Virus record (IMG/VR): IMGVR_UViG_3300032884_000028
Span: 1-39,664 of that record
Origin: a virus
Taxonomy: Duplodnaviria > Caudoviricetes
Reading direction: 5' to 3' (one strand)
Length of the DNA: 39,664 nt
The notes under the pieces were generated by a model that was not told the DNA's origin, did no database searches, and saw only the letters and a program-made list of their open reading frames with translations. Positions 8,169-18,904 of the stretch are shown here, piece after piece (the first letter of the stretch is position 1; each line of letters begins with the position of its first letter). The translations under genes and the position numbers were made by a program.

Positions 8169-11100
8169 CCTGCTTTTTATAAAGTTTTAATTCTCTATCA
8201 AGCTTTTTTTGAACATCAGGAGAATATCCAAAAGGATAATTATTTGCATATTTACCCAAAGTTTCCCTTAGCTTTGGACCGTACAACTGAATATATGCTC
8301 TCTGATCTTCCTCAGTTAGGTATGGCTCAAAATTATCAGGATCTTCTGAGTTTAGCATATCCGAGTATTTTGCCTGATCTTGTTTAGATAATTTTCCACT
8401 AGTTTTAGGTAATGAGAATGTATACCCATTACTAAGAGCCCAATCTAATTCATAAGATGATGTATAGTCACTTAAAAATCTACCGATACCGGGTATTACA
8501 CTAGTCCTTACCGGCTCTCCAAACATATTTAGCGCAGGTTCGTTATCAGATACAAACTTAGCAAAAGGAATATTTTGCAGCATTCTGTTAGGAACATCTT
8601 TTGGACGTGATAAATCTCCATATACAAACCGCTCTAACTCTCTTCCTGCTCCTGCAAATGGTACAGCACCTGCAGCCATATTGGATACAACATCCCAGGC
8701 AGAGTTATTAGCTTTAGGATCTTGTACAGCTAACAAGTCTGCTAGTGTACCTATGTTTTTTAGTAGACTCAGCTGCGTTGCAGCATACAAGGCTCCCATG
8801 CCAGCAGACTGTAGTCCTGATCCAAGTGTTATAGGACTATGTACATCTCTTTTTGCAACCATCATTGCGTCTGAAACAGCACCAATTCCACCAAATATAA
8901 GGTTTAATCCTGGTATATCTTTATAAGATACTACTTTTGTACCTACTCTAAAGGAGAAAGGTTTGATTCCTTTTACTTTGTAAGCATCTCGTAGACCAGC
9001 ATCTCTTAATCCACCGTAAATATAAAATGGCGCGTTCTCTTCATCATCCATATTTGCAAAAGCTGCTGCAAATATAGCTCCTGTAAATACTGTAGATGCT
9101 GCCTGCATACCCATAAGTTGCTGCCTGTCTTCCACAGTAAACTCAGGATCTGAAAAAGCACCACCAAATTTCTTATCTAGGATACCTATTCCTGGTATCA
9201 TTTCTAGACTTAGGTCTAAAATATTAGATGCAGTTTTAACAAACATCCCAACTGCATATTTAAGTGGCTTTATAGTGTCGCCTTTTAAACTTATTATCTG
9301 CTTATTGTTTACAGCATTTACGATCTCACCCAGGATCTTTTCAGTACTGGTGCTGCTTACTTCTTTACCATTAATGACTAATGTCTTTCCTTCAGATAAA
9401 CCTTGAACAACTAGTGGATAAACTTGATCCACGCCCATGTCGTTACGAGCTACTTTATTAGCAAATCCAATAGCAGATGCAATCGTGTTTTTTACGTTAA
9501 GATTTTTTGTATAAGGAATGCCTGCATTGCCTACGCCGTTTAAAACTCTAGCCGTTAGTTTTGCAGTAACCCCTGTAGGATCTGCTTGAAAAACATCTTT
9601 TCTAACCGCTTTTTTAAGTCTATCAGAAGTCTCTTTTGGTAGTGATTCTAATGCAATTTCATCTGCTCTGTTATTAACAAAGTTTTTGTCAGTTTTTACA
9701 CCTATTGATTCTAGCTGTGCTTTTTCATTCTTAGCTTGAACTACGAATTTTCCGTAGTTATCGGCCTTGTTTTTTAAATACGACTCATAAGATGGAGCTT
9801 CTCTAGCAATACGACCTTCAAGAGAGGCTCTTGAAAACACTGCATCCATTGCTCCTAGTGCACGAAGAGTTACTGCAGGAGAAGATAGAAACTTACCTAG
9901 TCGTCCTGTTCCAAACAGTGATTGGATAACCCTAACAGGATCATTTTCTTTACCAAGTTTTACACCTGTTGCAAGGTCTTTTAACTCTGTCTCTGTTTCA
10001 ACATCTACTGCTCTTGATTGTAATTCCCCTCTAAGTGCTGTACCAGTTAATTCTCCTGCGCGTTTGCTAAATATTGCAGATGTCCATCCTTTGATAAACC
10101 TTCCAGCTTTTTTGAAATCTCCTCTGCCTACATCTCTAAATGTTTGATATATAGGCGAAAAAGAGTTACCTACAATGTTTGCAAAGTTAGTGGAAACACT
10201 TGACAAGACGTTTGCTTGCCAAAATGTAGACCATGGATCAGCTCCAGCTACTAACTCAATACCTTTAACTTTAGCAAGTGTTCGTCCTAGTTCGTCTAAT
10301 GCTTTTTTACGAGTACTACCTGTAAAGTTTTTTGCCGCGTCTACAAGGGAGTTAATCTTTTTAACCACATCAGGAGTAATCTTAGAAGCAAACTGTTGTT
10401 TATAAGAATCTACGGCGTCTTTTAACTGTTTGTTTCTATCCTTTCTTGCTTGTATTTTTTCACGATCTTTATTAAGAGCTTCTTTGGCAGCCTTTGCTTC
10501 TGCCTTTTGCTGGTCTAATAAGTCTTTACGTTGTTTCTTAGTCTGCTCTCTTAACTCTTTTGCAGCCCGTAGTTGTTCTTTAAGAGCGGCTTTTCTTGCT
10601 GTATTTTCTTCTTTCTTTTTTGCGCGAGCTTCTTTAAGAGCAGCTTCTTTTTCTACTTTTGCTATCTTTTGTTGTGCTCTAAGCTCAGATGCTTGCTTTC
10701 TTTTTTCTACAGCTAACTGATTTTTGTTAGCCTTAGCCTCTTCTTTAGCACGAGCAAGTTCTTCTTTGGTAGCTTTTATTTCAGCATCCCTTTCCGCTTT
10801 TAATCTTTTTTGTTCTTGTGCGTGTTCTTCTTTAGCCTTACGTATTTGAGCATCTAAATCAGCAGATTCTTTTTTAGCACGAAGCTTTTCTTCGTTTAAA
10901 GCTTTTTGATATTCTGCTCTAGCTAATGCTTTTTCAGATGGGACCTTAGCAGCATCTACTTTCTTTTTAGCTGTCTCTACTTTAGCAGAAGCTTCTGGAG
11001 AGTCTGTAGTAGCTTTCTTGGCAATAAGATTATCTACCTTAGTAGTTGGAACTATATCTACAGGCTTACTAAGCTCAGTTACTTTTTTAGTTAATTCATC

Positions 11101-13545
11101 TACTTTTGAATTAGCCTCTTCTTGGTTATTTTTAATATTGTCAGCCTGTGTTTCTAATTCCGTAGCTTTCTTTTCTACTTCGACATTTTGATTAACAACT
11201 TCATCAAGTTGTTTTTGAGCATCTTCAATCTCAGAACTAGTAGCATTATCAGAATCAATAATCTGTTTTTCTATATCTGATACCTGCTTATCAGGAGCGT
11301 TAAAAGCCTCTTCAGCCTTTACTTCCTGCTCGTTTATAGTTGCTTCACGTTCATTAATTCCAACCTGTAATAGATCAAGCTGAGCATCTTCTTTGACGAC
11401 GTTTTCTACTTGAGCAACACTTATTCCAGCATCCTGTGCTACCTTAGCAGTAGCAAGTTGAGTAGCGTCTGCACGTAATTTTGCAGTAACCGTAGTGCCT
11501 GTAAAAGGTATGCGCTTTCTAAACTCTAATGCCTGTGCAGTTTGGCTACCACTTTTTACCGAAGCAGTTGCTAAATTAGCAGACAATATATCGTACTGCT
11601 CAGCTTTTTCAGGCTCGGCAGCGCGTATTTCCTCTGCCTTTTTAGCAAGTTCATGAGCGGCGATTCCTGCTACAACTGACTCATCAGTAGTGATATCTCC
11701 AAAATCTTTACCTGTTATAGCATTGGCAAATAAAATATAATTGTTGTCATAAACAGCCATTATATTATCAATGGTCTGATCTTTAACTTCCGCAGTGTTT
11801 GGTGTGTAGGTAAGACCAACAGCAAAATCTTCATATAAGCCCAAAAGCTTTTGAACTTGTGGATTAAGTGCGTCTGGATTTTGATATCTTATTTTCTCCG
11901 CTACCGTGGACTCTTCCACTTTCTGTGCACCTGCTGTAGACGTACCATTTGACTTACCCTGACTAACAGTTGCCCTATGCTCTACACTACCTAACTCATC
12001 TATACGATTTGAATATTGTAAAGTATGTCCAGTTTCAGCTTGTGGAATTAGAGTTGGACCAGCATTTGCAGGCTCTTCTTGCAGAGTTAAATCACTAGCA
12101 ACATAAGGATGATTTATGTATGGTCTACCAAGGTCATCATTTTCAATTACTATCGGACCACCATCAGTAGTTTCTTTTGTTTGAAGTTGTGCAATTTTAC
12201 TAGCAACTTCAGGAGATACCATCATAGCATTGCTATGAGCCTGTTTTTTTGCACCATCTATTACTCTGCTAGTAGTACCGTCTTCATTTTCAATAAAAGC
12301 TTCGCCGATGTCTGTGGTATACCCACCACTTGCATCTACGGGTAAAATAGCTCCGTTTGATGCTTCCTCTATGGTAGTGACGTTTTGTCCACCATCCACA
12401 GGTTCTCCAATCACAGCTATTTTCTCTACGGGCTCTGTTTCTTTAAATGATAACCCTAATTCGGTTTGAAGATCCGTTGACGCTTGTTCTGATACAGCGT
12501 CCTGTGCCTGCTCCGTAGGAGTAGGTGTGTTATCTACAGCTCCTAATGTACCAGGTGCGGCAGCTTCTACAGCTACAGATGCTCCACCTAACACTGCTCC
12601 AACACCCGCACTCATTAGAGCACTTCTGCTAAATACTTCGTCGTATTGATCTTTATTAAGTCCTACAACGTCTGCAATATCACTAATTTTATCTTGTGCA
12701 AATTCTTGAGATGATTCAGTAGTGGCGCGTTGTAAAAAAGGTTTTAAAAGTCCTTTACCTTTTTTAAGTGTTGCGCCAAATACTAATTTATCTAATACAA
12801 CATCAAACGCTTGGTTAGCTGCTTCAATAGATGCGGATTCTAATGCTGTAGTAATACTAGCACCCGAATTTCTAGACTCTCTAAACTGCTCAACACCATA
12901 AACAGGTATGCGTGTTAAAAGGTCAAAAGCAGCAACAGGAGTAGAAAGTAGACTACCTACACCACCTGCAAGTGCAGATGAAAAGGTATCATTGCTATCA
13001 GCTCTAAGCTGTCGTTGAAGACCTTTTTCACCTTGAAATATATCTGATACTCCTGGGATGCTACTTAATACTTTAGGGATAGCAGGCACAAAACCTAAAG
13101 CTGCTCTAGCCATCTTATCGTCTATTTCGCTACTATCTATTAAAGTATTTATCTGTTGAATAGTTCCTGTTGTAGTGTCTTCAAGTGCTTTACTAATAGT
13201 ATCTTGATAGGCACGAAGATAAGGATTATCTCCCTTTTCTATAGCAGCTAGATTTTCTTCTTCCCATTTATAAGGATTATAATTTACTTCCTCTTCTGTG
13301 ACTGGAGCAATGCTTAATACTTCTCCACGAGTAAGCAGGTTCTCCTCACCAGGTGTTTTAGCTCTTAATTTATTGGCATACTCTTCTACTATACTAAGAG
13401 CCTGCGAACTGTCATCCCAAGGAGTAGATTGATATGCCTCAACAAGGTCTTTTATGCCTTGATCTGCATTTTGACTACTAGCAAGAATTGCCTCTGCATC
13501 ACCTCTAAAAGATATTGCAGGCTGTTTTGGTTGTTCATCTGCCAT
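8146..13545 (-). CDS. Large internal virion/DNA ejection protein (gp16-like position), 1799 aa
   Basis: Last gene of the virion arm; long K/E/A coiled coil; C-terminal 'P..NMFGEP' and helical region seen in podophage internal proteins. Confidence 0.65.
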   Translation of the reverse strand: MADEQPKQPAISFRGDAEAILASSQNADQGIKDLVEAYQSTPWDDSSQALSIVEEYANKLRAKTPGEENLLTRGEVLSIAPVTEEEVNYNPYKWEEENLAAIEKGDNPYLRAYQDTISKALEDTTTGTIQQINTLIDSSEIDDKMARAALGFVPAIPKVLSSIPGVSDIFQGEKGLQRQLRADSNDTFSSALAGGVGSLLSTPVAAFDLLTRIPVYGVEQFRESRNSGASITTALESASIEAANQAFDVVLDKLVFGATLKKGKGLLKPFLQRATTESSQEFAQDKISDIADVVGLNKDQYDEVFSRSALMSAGVGAVLGGASVAVEAAAPGTLGAVDNTPTPTEQAQDAVSEQASTDLQTELGLSFKETEPVEKIAVIGEPVDGGQNVTTIEEASNGAILPVDASGGYTTDIGEAFIENEDGTTSRVIDGAKKQAHSNAMMVSPEVASKIAQLQTKETTDGGPIVIENDDLGRPYINHPYVASDLTLQEEPANAGPTLIPQAETGHTLQYSNRIDELGSVEHRATVSQGKSNGTSTAGAQKVEESTVAEKIRYQNPDALNPQVQKLLGLYEDFAVGLTYTPNTAEVKDQTIDNIMAVYDNNYILFANAITGKDFGDITTDESVVAGIAAHELAKKAEEIRAAEPEKAEQYDILSANLATASVKSGSQTAQALEFRKRIPFTGTTVTAKLRADATQLATAKVAQDAGISVAQVENVVKEDAQLDLLQVGINEREATINEQEVKAEEAFNAPDKQVSDIEKQIIDSDNATSSEIEDAQKQLDEVVNQNVEVEKKATELETQADNIKNNQEEANSKVDELTKKVTELSKPVDIVPTTKVDNLIAKKATTDSPEASAKVETAKKKVDAAKVPSEKALARAEYQKALNEEKLRAKKESADLDAQIRKAKEEHAQEQKRLKAERDAEIKATKEELARAKEEAKANKNQLAVEKRKQASELRAQQKIAKVEKEAALKEARAKKKEENTARKAALKEQLRAAKELREQTKKQRKDLLDQQKAEAKAAKEALNKDREKIQARKDRNKQLKDAVDSYKQQFASKITPDVVKKINSLVDAAKNFTGSTRKKALDELGRTLAKVKGIELVAGADPWSTFWQANVLSSVSTNFANIVGNSFSPIYQTFRDVGRGDFKKAGRFIKGWTSAIFSKRAGELTGTALRGELQSRAVDVETETELKDLATGVKLGKENDPVRVIQSLFGTGRLGKFLSSPAVTLRALGAMDAVFSRASLEGRIAREAPSYESYLKNKADNYGKFVVQAKNEKAQLESIGVKTDKNFVNNRADEIALESLPKETSDRLKKAVRKDVFQADPTGVTAKLTARVLNGVGNAGIPYTKNLNVKNTIASAIGFANKVARNDMGVDQVYPLVVQGLSEGKTLVINGKEVSSTSTEKILGEIVNAVNNKQIISLKGDTIKPLKYAVGMFVKTASNILDLSLEMIPGIGILDKKFGGAFSDPEFTVEDRQQLMGMQAASTVFTGAIFAAAFANMDDEENAPFYIYGGLRDAGLRDAYKVKGIKPFSFRVGTKVVSYKDIPGLNLIFGGIGAVSDAMMVAKRDVHSPITLGSGLQSAGMGALYAATQLSLLKNIGTLADLLAVQDPKANNSAWDVVSNMAAGAVPFAGAGRELERFVYGDLSRPKDVPNRMLQNIPFAKFVSDNEPALNMFGEPVRTSVIPGIGRFLSDYTSSYELDWALSNGYTFSLPKTSGKLSKQDQAKYSDMLNSEDPDNFEPYLTEEDQRAYIQLYGPKLRETLGKYANNYPFGYSPDVQKKLDRELKLYKKQVKNEILR

Positions 13546-13553
13546 TTTAGTAA

Positions 13554-15296
13554 CTATTTTTTATAATACGTGTAAAATCTTAATACTTTTTCTGGGTAGT
13601 TTTCTACCTGCTTCCATACATCTTCACTTACAATAGCTTTAAGTTGAGGTTTTATTGCTTGCCAACTCTTATCTTTTGTTTTTGTAGCTTTTATAGCAGC
13701 TGCGACATTAGCAGGTCCTGCTGCGCTATATGCAGCTAGAGCAAGTTCCATATCCCCAAAATTTTGTAACTGCTCACCCAGATATATCTTGCCTGCCTGA
13801 ACCTGTGCTCTCGGATCTGATTTAGCATAGGGGTTTCCCGTAGTAGGATCAGACATTAACTGTCGATATTTAGGATTGTTTGCAATGTCATTAAAAGTAG
13901 CTCCAGTAACTTGCATTACTCCCTGTACATTTGTTGGTGATTTAGCGTCATTTTTACCACCGCTTTCTTGAGAAGCGAGTGCTTTAACAATCGGAGTCTC
14001 ATTTGCAAGATATGGATTGGTCTGAACTGTTTCAACAATTTGTCTAAATTCCCTTGGAGTATTTTTAAGTTCAGACTGCTTAGTACGAAATCTGTCAATA
14101 ATAGCTTTAGCTTCCTGCTCAGTAGTACCTTTTAAACTCTCAGGAGATGGTCCACTTGGAGCAGCTGTTTGTGGAGATCCTTCTTCAAGTGCCTGATCTA
14201 TTCTAGCATTTTGTTGTGCAGCTAAACCTGTACCAGAAGTGTTTACAGATGTAGATGTTTGTATCTCTCCAGTCTCTGGATTATACATTGGAAATTGTGA
14301 TGATATTGCTCCAGTACCAAGTCTATAAGGTCCCATTGCCTTATGAAAATCTTTACCTGTTGCTTCGTCAAACGTATCTATAGCTTTGCCATCATACATA
14401 GCTATATATCGTTTATCATTGGTATCGGTAGTATCTGATACTAAAGGTTTACCAGTAATAGTGTCTGTTTTAATATTGCCTTTAGAATCTCTTACTAGAC
14501 TCCCAGAAGGGGCTATATACAGCTTACTTGGGTCATAGTTATTACCCATCATAGCATTTCTAATAGAGTCAGATGTTTGAAGTGTAGCAGTGGATTCTTC
14601 AACTTGAGCACTATTTTTAATAGCTTGATTTTGCAAAGACCTTTGAGAACTTTGTAGAACTGCAGCACGATTAAGTGCCATCGATGCATTGTTAACATCT
14701 GTGGTAAATGACTTTACTACAGACCCATCAACTCCTGCCTGAGATGCTTGTTGCGATAGTGAATATCCCCATTTAGGATCTTCTCTAGCAAATTGTCTAG
14801 TTACAGGATCATTAAGAAAAGCAGAACCGTCTTCTGTGCTAAGACCTTTTCCGATACTACCTAAAATATCTATTCCTTTCTGAATATAGTCTAGTTTTTG
14901 TAATTTCTGAGTAGATTCTTTATTAGCAATCTCGGCTTGATTGGCTTTTGTTTCAGCTATTACAGCACCATTTTTAGCTCCATATTCAGCTTCATTTTGA
15001 GCAATTTTTGCGTCTGCTTCTATCTTAGTCTTCTTAGCTTCTATAACAGCAGGATCTTCATTTACTTTATTTTGTGCTTCAATAGATGCAGTTTGAGCCT
15101 GAGTAGCCGATACTCCTGCTAGAGACTGAGAAGTCTTATTAAAATTATCAAATCCTTGATTAACACCCTGCGCTATTGATCCAGCAATACTTGGTAAAGC
15201 TTGCCCTTGCGCAATACCTTTTGATACAGCATCAACAAATAGACTAACATCTACATTAGGAGCCTGGCTTTTAAATGATTCGTATTGTTCAGCCAC
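13554..15296 (-). CDS. Internal virion protein with C-terminal lytic transglycosylase (SLT) domain
   Basis: 'ASQESGG...A.SP....GVMQV...T', 'G..YL...L..FG...LALAAY'. Confidence 0.85.
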   Translation of the reverse strand: MAEQYESFKSQAPNVDVSLFVDAVSKGIAQGQALPSIAGSIAQGVNQGFDNFNKTSQSLAGVSATQAQTASIEAQNKVNEDPAVIEAKKTKIEADAKIAQNEAEYGAKNGAVIAETKANQAEIANKESTQKLQKLDYIQKGIDILGSIGKGLSTEDGSAFLNDPVTRQFAREDPKWGYSLSQQASQAGVDGSVVKSFTTDVNNASMALNRAAVLQSSQRSLQNQAIKNSAQVEESTATLQTSDSIRNAMMGNNYDPSKLYIAPSGSLVRDSKGNIKTDTITGKPLVSDTTDTNDKRYIAMYDGKAIDTFDEATGKDFHKAMGPYRLGTGAISSQFPMYNPETGEIQTSTSVNTSGTGLAAQQNARIDQALEEGSPQTAAPSGPSPESLKGTTEQEAKAIIDRFRTKQSELKNTPREFRQIVETVQTNPYLANETPIVKALASQESGGKNDAKSPTNVQGVMQVTGATFNDIANNPKYRQLMSDPTTGNPYAKSDPRAQVQAGKIYLGEQLQNFGDMELALAAYSAAGPANVAAAIKATKTKDKSWQAIKPQLKAIVSEDVWKQVENYPEKVLRFYTYYKK

Positions 15297-16917
15297 GACG
15301 TTTCTCCAAAATACTCATACCTTTTGATTTTCCAGTGTTTAGCTTTTGAGCTAGTACATAACTGTTATCATCAAATACCATATCTAAGGAGCGATGTAAC
15401 GCTGTTGCTTGAGATTCATCAAATCTTCCTTCAGCAAAGCCTTGGTTAGCAAGTTGGTAACCAATCTCTTTGCTTGATACTCCAGATTTAGCATATTGAC
15501 CACGGATGTCTTTTACAGTAGCACCATAGGTCTTTTCATCAAAAGTTCCACTATGAATTGGATAATTTTCTTTACCATCTGTATTTTTCCCTACATCACC
15601 TGTTGATAAGCGATTAAGTGATACGTTTAGTAACTGAGACACGTGAGATATATCGTTGTCTTTACCTACAGGAGTTACATGTTCGAAAGAAGCGTGAGTG
15701 ATAACTGCACCGAGAGAATAAGGATTCGTAGTAGCCATATTATCAAGGCCGCCAGAAAGAGCACTCCCACCAACCACCCCGCGATCTTGTTTAACGTTGT
15801 CCTTTTTGTTCCATTTACCATATATTGTACCTGCTGAACGTGAAGCGACATCAGGAGCGTTTACTAAAGCTGTACCTCTATTAGCAGTTGGGATAGCAAT
15901 GTTTTTATCCCCCATATTTTTTACGATTGAATATCCTGTAGGGACTCCACTTGATACTGGAACTGTAACCGCTCCAACACCGTAATGAGGCACAGGTTGC
16001 ATCTGCATTTGAGACATTTTTTGGTTATCAATAGGAACTGATCTACCATCAATATCATAACCAAGAATCCCAAGAGACTGAGCAGTATTAACAACATCAG
16101 ACGATTTTTTAGGAGTAAACTGGGTTTCTTGAATAGCTGATAATTGATTCCATTTTCTAGTTGCAGGAGGAACATTGATTCCCTGCGAAGCTAATTGTAA
16201 TCCATCACCTGCAGACATTGCGGGGACGCCAGGAATTTCTGGAGTAAGCTTTTTAGTTTCAAAAGTTTGGCCGTCATTAAATCTAAAATTTTGAATTCCT
16301 GTAGTAGATGATCCTATAGATTTTTGAGCTGGAGAAAGATTATTCCAGTTCTCATACATCTTATATCCTGTGTATCTGTCATTGGCCGCACCTATAGCAG
16401 TTACAAAACCATTAACATCTCCTGCAGATTTTAACTGATCAAGTTTTGCGTGGTGCTGAGGATCTTGGGCATTTAATCCAATAGCTACATATCTATCAGC
16501 TTCATCTTGTGAACTAAAAGCACCCATTGCTCCTAGAGCCATTCCACTATGGAATGCTGCAGTAGTACCTAGAGAAGTATCTTTACTATTAGCTAACTGA
16601 GCGTTTGAATAAACAGGATTGCCTTTAAAATCAACACCTACATTAACTGTATTAGAATCAGCTTGATTAGTGATTCCTGTAGAGGCTAACGCTGCACCTG
16701 CTTTATGATAAGACCTAGCAAATGTAGAAGGATCATATATAGCAGCCCCAGGATCAGCTGTAGTATATTGAGCGTGTTCAGTTTCTAAGATTTGTTTAGG
16801 AAGAATATAGGTATTACTATCGTTTAGGTCACCAGCAACGACGTGATCAGCAGGAGGAGTTTCTCCTTTAGGAATGATGTATCCATCACGATATTTTCTA
16901 AGTAGATCACCTTCCAT
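15289..16917 (-). CDS. Putative internal virion (ejection) protein
   Basis: Position between ejection-like genes; A/G/S/Q/N-rich and Cys-free. Confidence 0.5.
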   Translation of the reverse strand: MEGDLLRKYRDGYIIPKGETPPADHVVAGDLNDSNTYILPKQILETEHAQYTTADPGAAIYDPSTFARSYHKAGAALASTGITNQADSNTVNVGVDFKGNPVYSNAQLANSKDTSLGTTAAFHSGMALGAMGAFSSQDEADRYVAIGLNAQDPQHHAKLDQLKSAGDVNGFVTAIGAANDRYTGYKMYENWNNLSPAQKSIGSSTTGIQNFRFNDGQTFETKKLTPEIPGVPAMSAGDGLQLASQGINVPPATRKWNQLSAIQETQFTPKKSSDVVNTAQSLGILGYDIDGRSVPIDNQKMSQMQMQPVPHYGVGAVTVPVSSGVPTGYSIVKNMGDKNIAIPTANRGTALVNAPDVASRSAGTIYGKWNKKDNVKQDRGVVGGSALSGGLDNMATTNPYSLGAVITHASFEHVTPVGKDNDISHVSQLLNVSLNRLSTGDVGKNTDGKENYPIHSGTFDEKTYGATVKDIRGQYAKSGVSSKEIGYQLANQGFAEGRFDESQATALHRSLDMVFDDNSYVLAQKLNTGKSKGMSILEKRRG

Positions 16918-18550
16918 TTTCTAACTCCGCTACTTTTCTTTGAAGATCCTGCACTGCTCCAACAAGAGCAAAAATTATTTCTGTTGGATTGATTTGTAGA
17001 TATCCTTCAGAATGCTCCATAACAGCTGTTGGAAATACTTCTTGAAGATCCTGCGCGAACACTCCTATGTGAGGTTTGCCACCATCATTTACAATGGAAT
17101 CTTCTTTATATTTGTAGTTTATAATATGTAATTTTGATACATCTAAAGATCCTGTTACATACTCACTTACATTGTCTTTTAATCTCTTATCAGATGCAGC
17201 ATATGACGCAGCTGCTATATTTCCTATAGCTCCTAAAATATCTTTAGTAGCCTGTCTGTCTTGGGATTGTTTTCTAAACTTTTGTGCAATATCGGCTGCT
17301 TGCTGCTGCTGATTAATAGACAAGGTAGTATTGACATTAGTCTGTCCAGCACCTGCTACGGCATTTGTATAACTGTTTAAGTAGTTAAAATAAGACAAAG
17401 CAAAATTATTAGCATTACTAGTGTTAAATTGAGTATTTTGTTGAGTGCTACTTGTAACAAATTGCTGTTGCTGAATCCCTGATTGAAAAGATGTTTCAGG
17501 AGAAAGCAAAGTTGCTTGGTTTTGAGTGTTATAAAGATTAACTTGAGACTGACCTGCAGATACTCCAGGGTTAGTAGCAATGTCACTACCTACCGTACTA
17601 TACGCAGTAGGAGCTAAATTAAGCTCAGTTCTTTGTGCAGCGTTAGAGGATAGCAATCCTTCTCCGTACTGAGAAAGCTTAATCCTGTCCTCTGCACTCA
17701 TTAGGTCAGATACTTTTCTAGCAGCCGAAGAATTAACTCCAAAACCAGAAGACGATGCAACATCAGCTGCAGCACTACGAGTTCCTAATGCTAAGGCATT
17801 ATTTGCTACTGCGTTAGGAACGTTTCCACTGGCATACGATCTGGCGTCTGCAGCTACGGAGTTTAAATCTTTTTGAACATCAGGCACTGCAGCATTAACC
17901 TGCGCAGTTCTTTGAGCTTGGTTAAAAGCATTATCAGTACCAATCTCAGAACGCTTTAAAGCAGATGATTTTGATACGTAGTTATTAATCCCTGCAAATT
18001 CTGTATCTAAAACATCTAAAGCAAAGCCTTTAGAGTTAGCAAAATTAGTTGCCAACTGTTTAGTCTGTGAAGGAACAAAATCTTGACCAAACTTAATAGG
18101 ATCAATGTAACGATATTTATCAGCAGCATTTTCAGAAAATACTGGATTAGGAAATTTGTCTCCAATAAACTGTGGAGCTACTCCATATTCACCGACATTT
18201 TGATATCCATTAGTAGATCCACTTCCTGATGTAGTATCACCTACTGCACCTTTAGTACTAACTCCAAGTCCACCAACGGAACCACCACGATAAGACATGT
18301 TAGTGTTATCGAGTTTTTGAGTATTCCCATCTACACTAAGGGTAGCATTTTTTTGTCCTAAAACTTGTGAAGGAAACACCCATTGTTTACCTTCGTGTCC
18401 ATTATAAACTCCAGATGCACCACCTGTTCCAGCACGAACAGCAGTAACAACCGTACCATTTTCGAGCGTAATCGTAGGAGCAGACTTTGCTTCCTGGGGG
18501 ATTATCAGTACAGGACCCTTGGAGGTTGATGGTTTGTAAATGACACTCAT
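16907..18550 (-). CDS. Pilot/ejection-like protein with C-terminal peptidase S74 intramolecular chaperone
   Basis: 'ASDKRLKDNV...NYKYK...HIGVFAQDLQEVFP.AV...YL.IN...LVGAVQDL' chaperone signature. Confidence 0.8.
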   Translation of the reverse strand: MSVIYKPSTSKGPVLIIPQEAKSAPTITLENGTVVTAVRAGTGGASGVYNGHEGKQWVFPSQVLGQKNATLSVDGNTQKLDNTNMSYRGGSVGGLGVSTKGAVGDTTSGSGSTNGYQNVGEYGVAPQFIGDKFPNPVFSENAADKYRYIDPIKFGQDFVPSQTKQLATNFANSKGFALDVLDTEFAGINNYVSKSSALKRSEIGTDNAFNQAQRTAQVNAAVPDVQKDLNSVAADARSYASGNVPNAVANNALALGTRSAAADVASSSGFGVNSSAARKVSDLMSAEDRIKLSQYGEGLLSSNAAQRTELNLAPTAYSTVGSDIATNPGVSAGQSQVNLYNTQNQATLLSPETSFQSGIQQQQFVTSSTQQNTQFNTSNANNFALSYFNYLNSYTNAVAGAGQTNVNTTLSINQQQQAADIAQKFRKQSQDRQATKDILGAIGNIAAASYAASDKRLKDNVSEYVTGSLDVSKLHIINYKYKEDSIVNDGGKPHIGVFAQDLQEVFPTAVMEHSEGYLQINPTEIIFALVGAVQDLQRKVAELENGR

Positions 18551-18903
18551 TTTTGTGCGGTCCCAATCTTAAGCGAATTAATAGTACCTTCAACTGTTTG
18601 TTTTGTCGTGTAGCTAATCACTAATAACATACTAAGGAGTATTGTAGCTACGATAATTAGGTGACTTGATATAGGCATCTGACCTTTTCCTGATGCTCTT
18701 TCATTTGCTCCTTCAAGCATATTTTCTAGCTTTTCATACCTTGTCTCAGCTTTAGCATTAGTAGTTGCCATAATTCCTGCTGATACTGCCATACTCTTTT
18801 GAGCCTCTGATATTCCAGCTACCATAGTATGCATATCATTTATAAGTATCCGAGTATCGTGAGAAAAATTACATTCGTTTTTTAAGTGGCCGTTTGTTGA
18901 CAT
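18547..18903 (-). CDS. Membrane protein with coiled coil and one C-proximal TM (holin/spanin-like candidate)
   Basis: Likely start 18903 (TAG-T-ATG after the upstream gene); TM 'LIIVATILLSMLLVISY'. Confidence 0.55.
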   Translation of the reverse strand: MSTNGHLKNECNFSHDTRILINDMHTMVAGISEAQKSMAVSAGIMATTNAKAETRYEKLENMLEGANERASGKGQMPISSHLIIVATILLSMLLVISYTTKQTVEGTINSLKIGTAQK

Positions 18904-18904
18904 A

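Noticed and set aside
8146-13545. Tape measure protein or virion RNA polymerase
   Set aside because: No tail tube or chaperone genes, no recognisable RNAP catalytic motif, and the context fits podovirus ejection proteins
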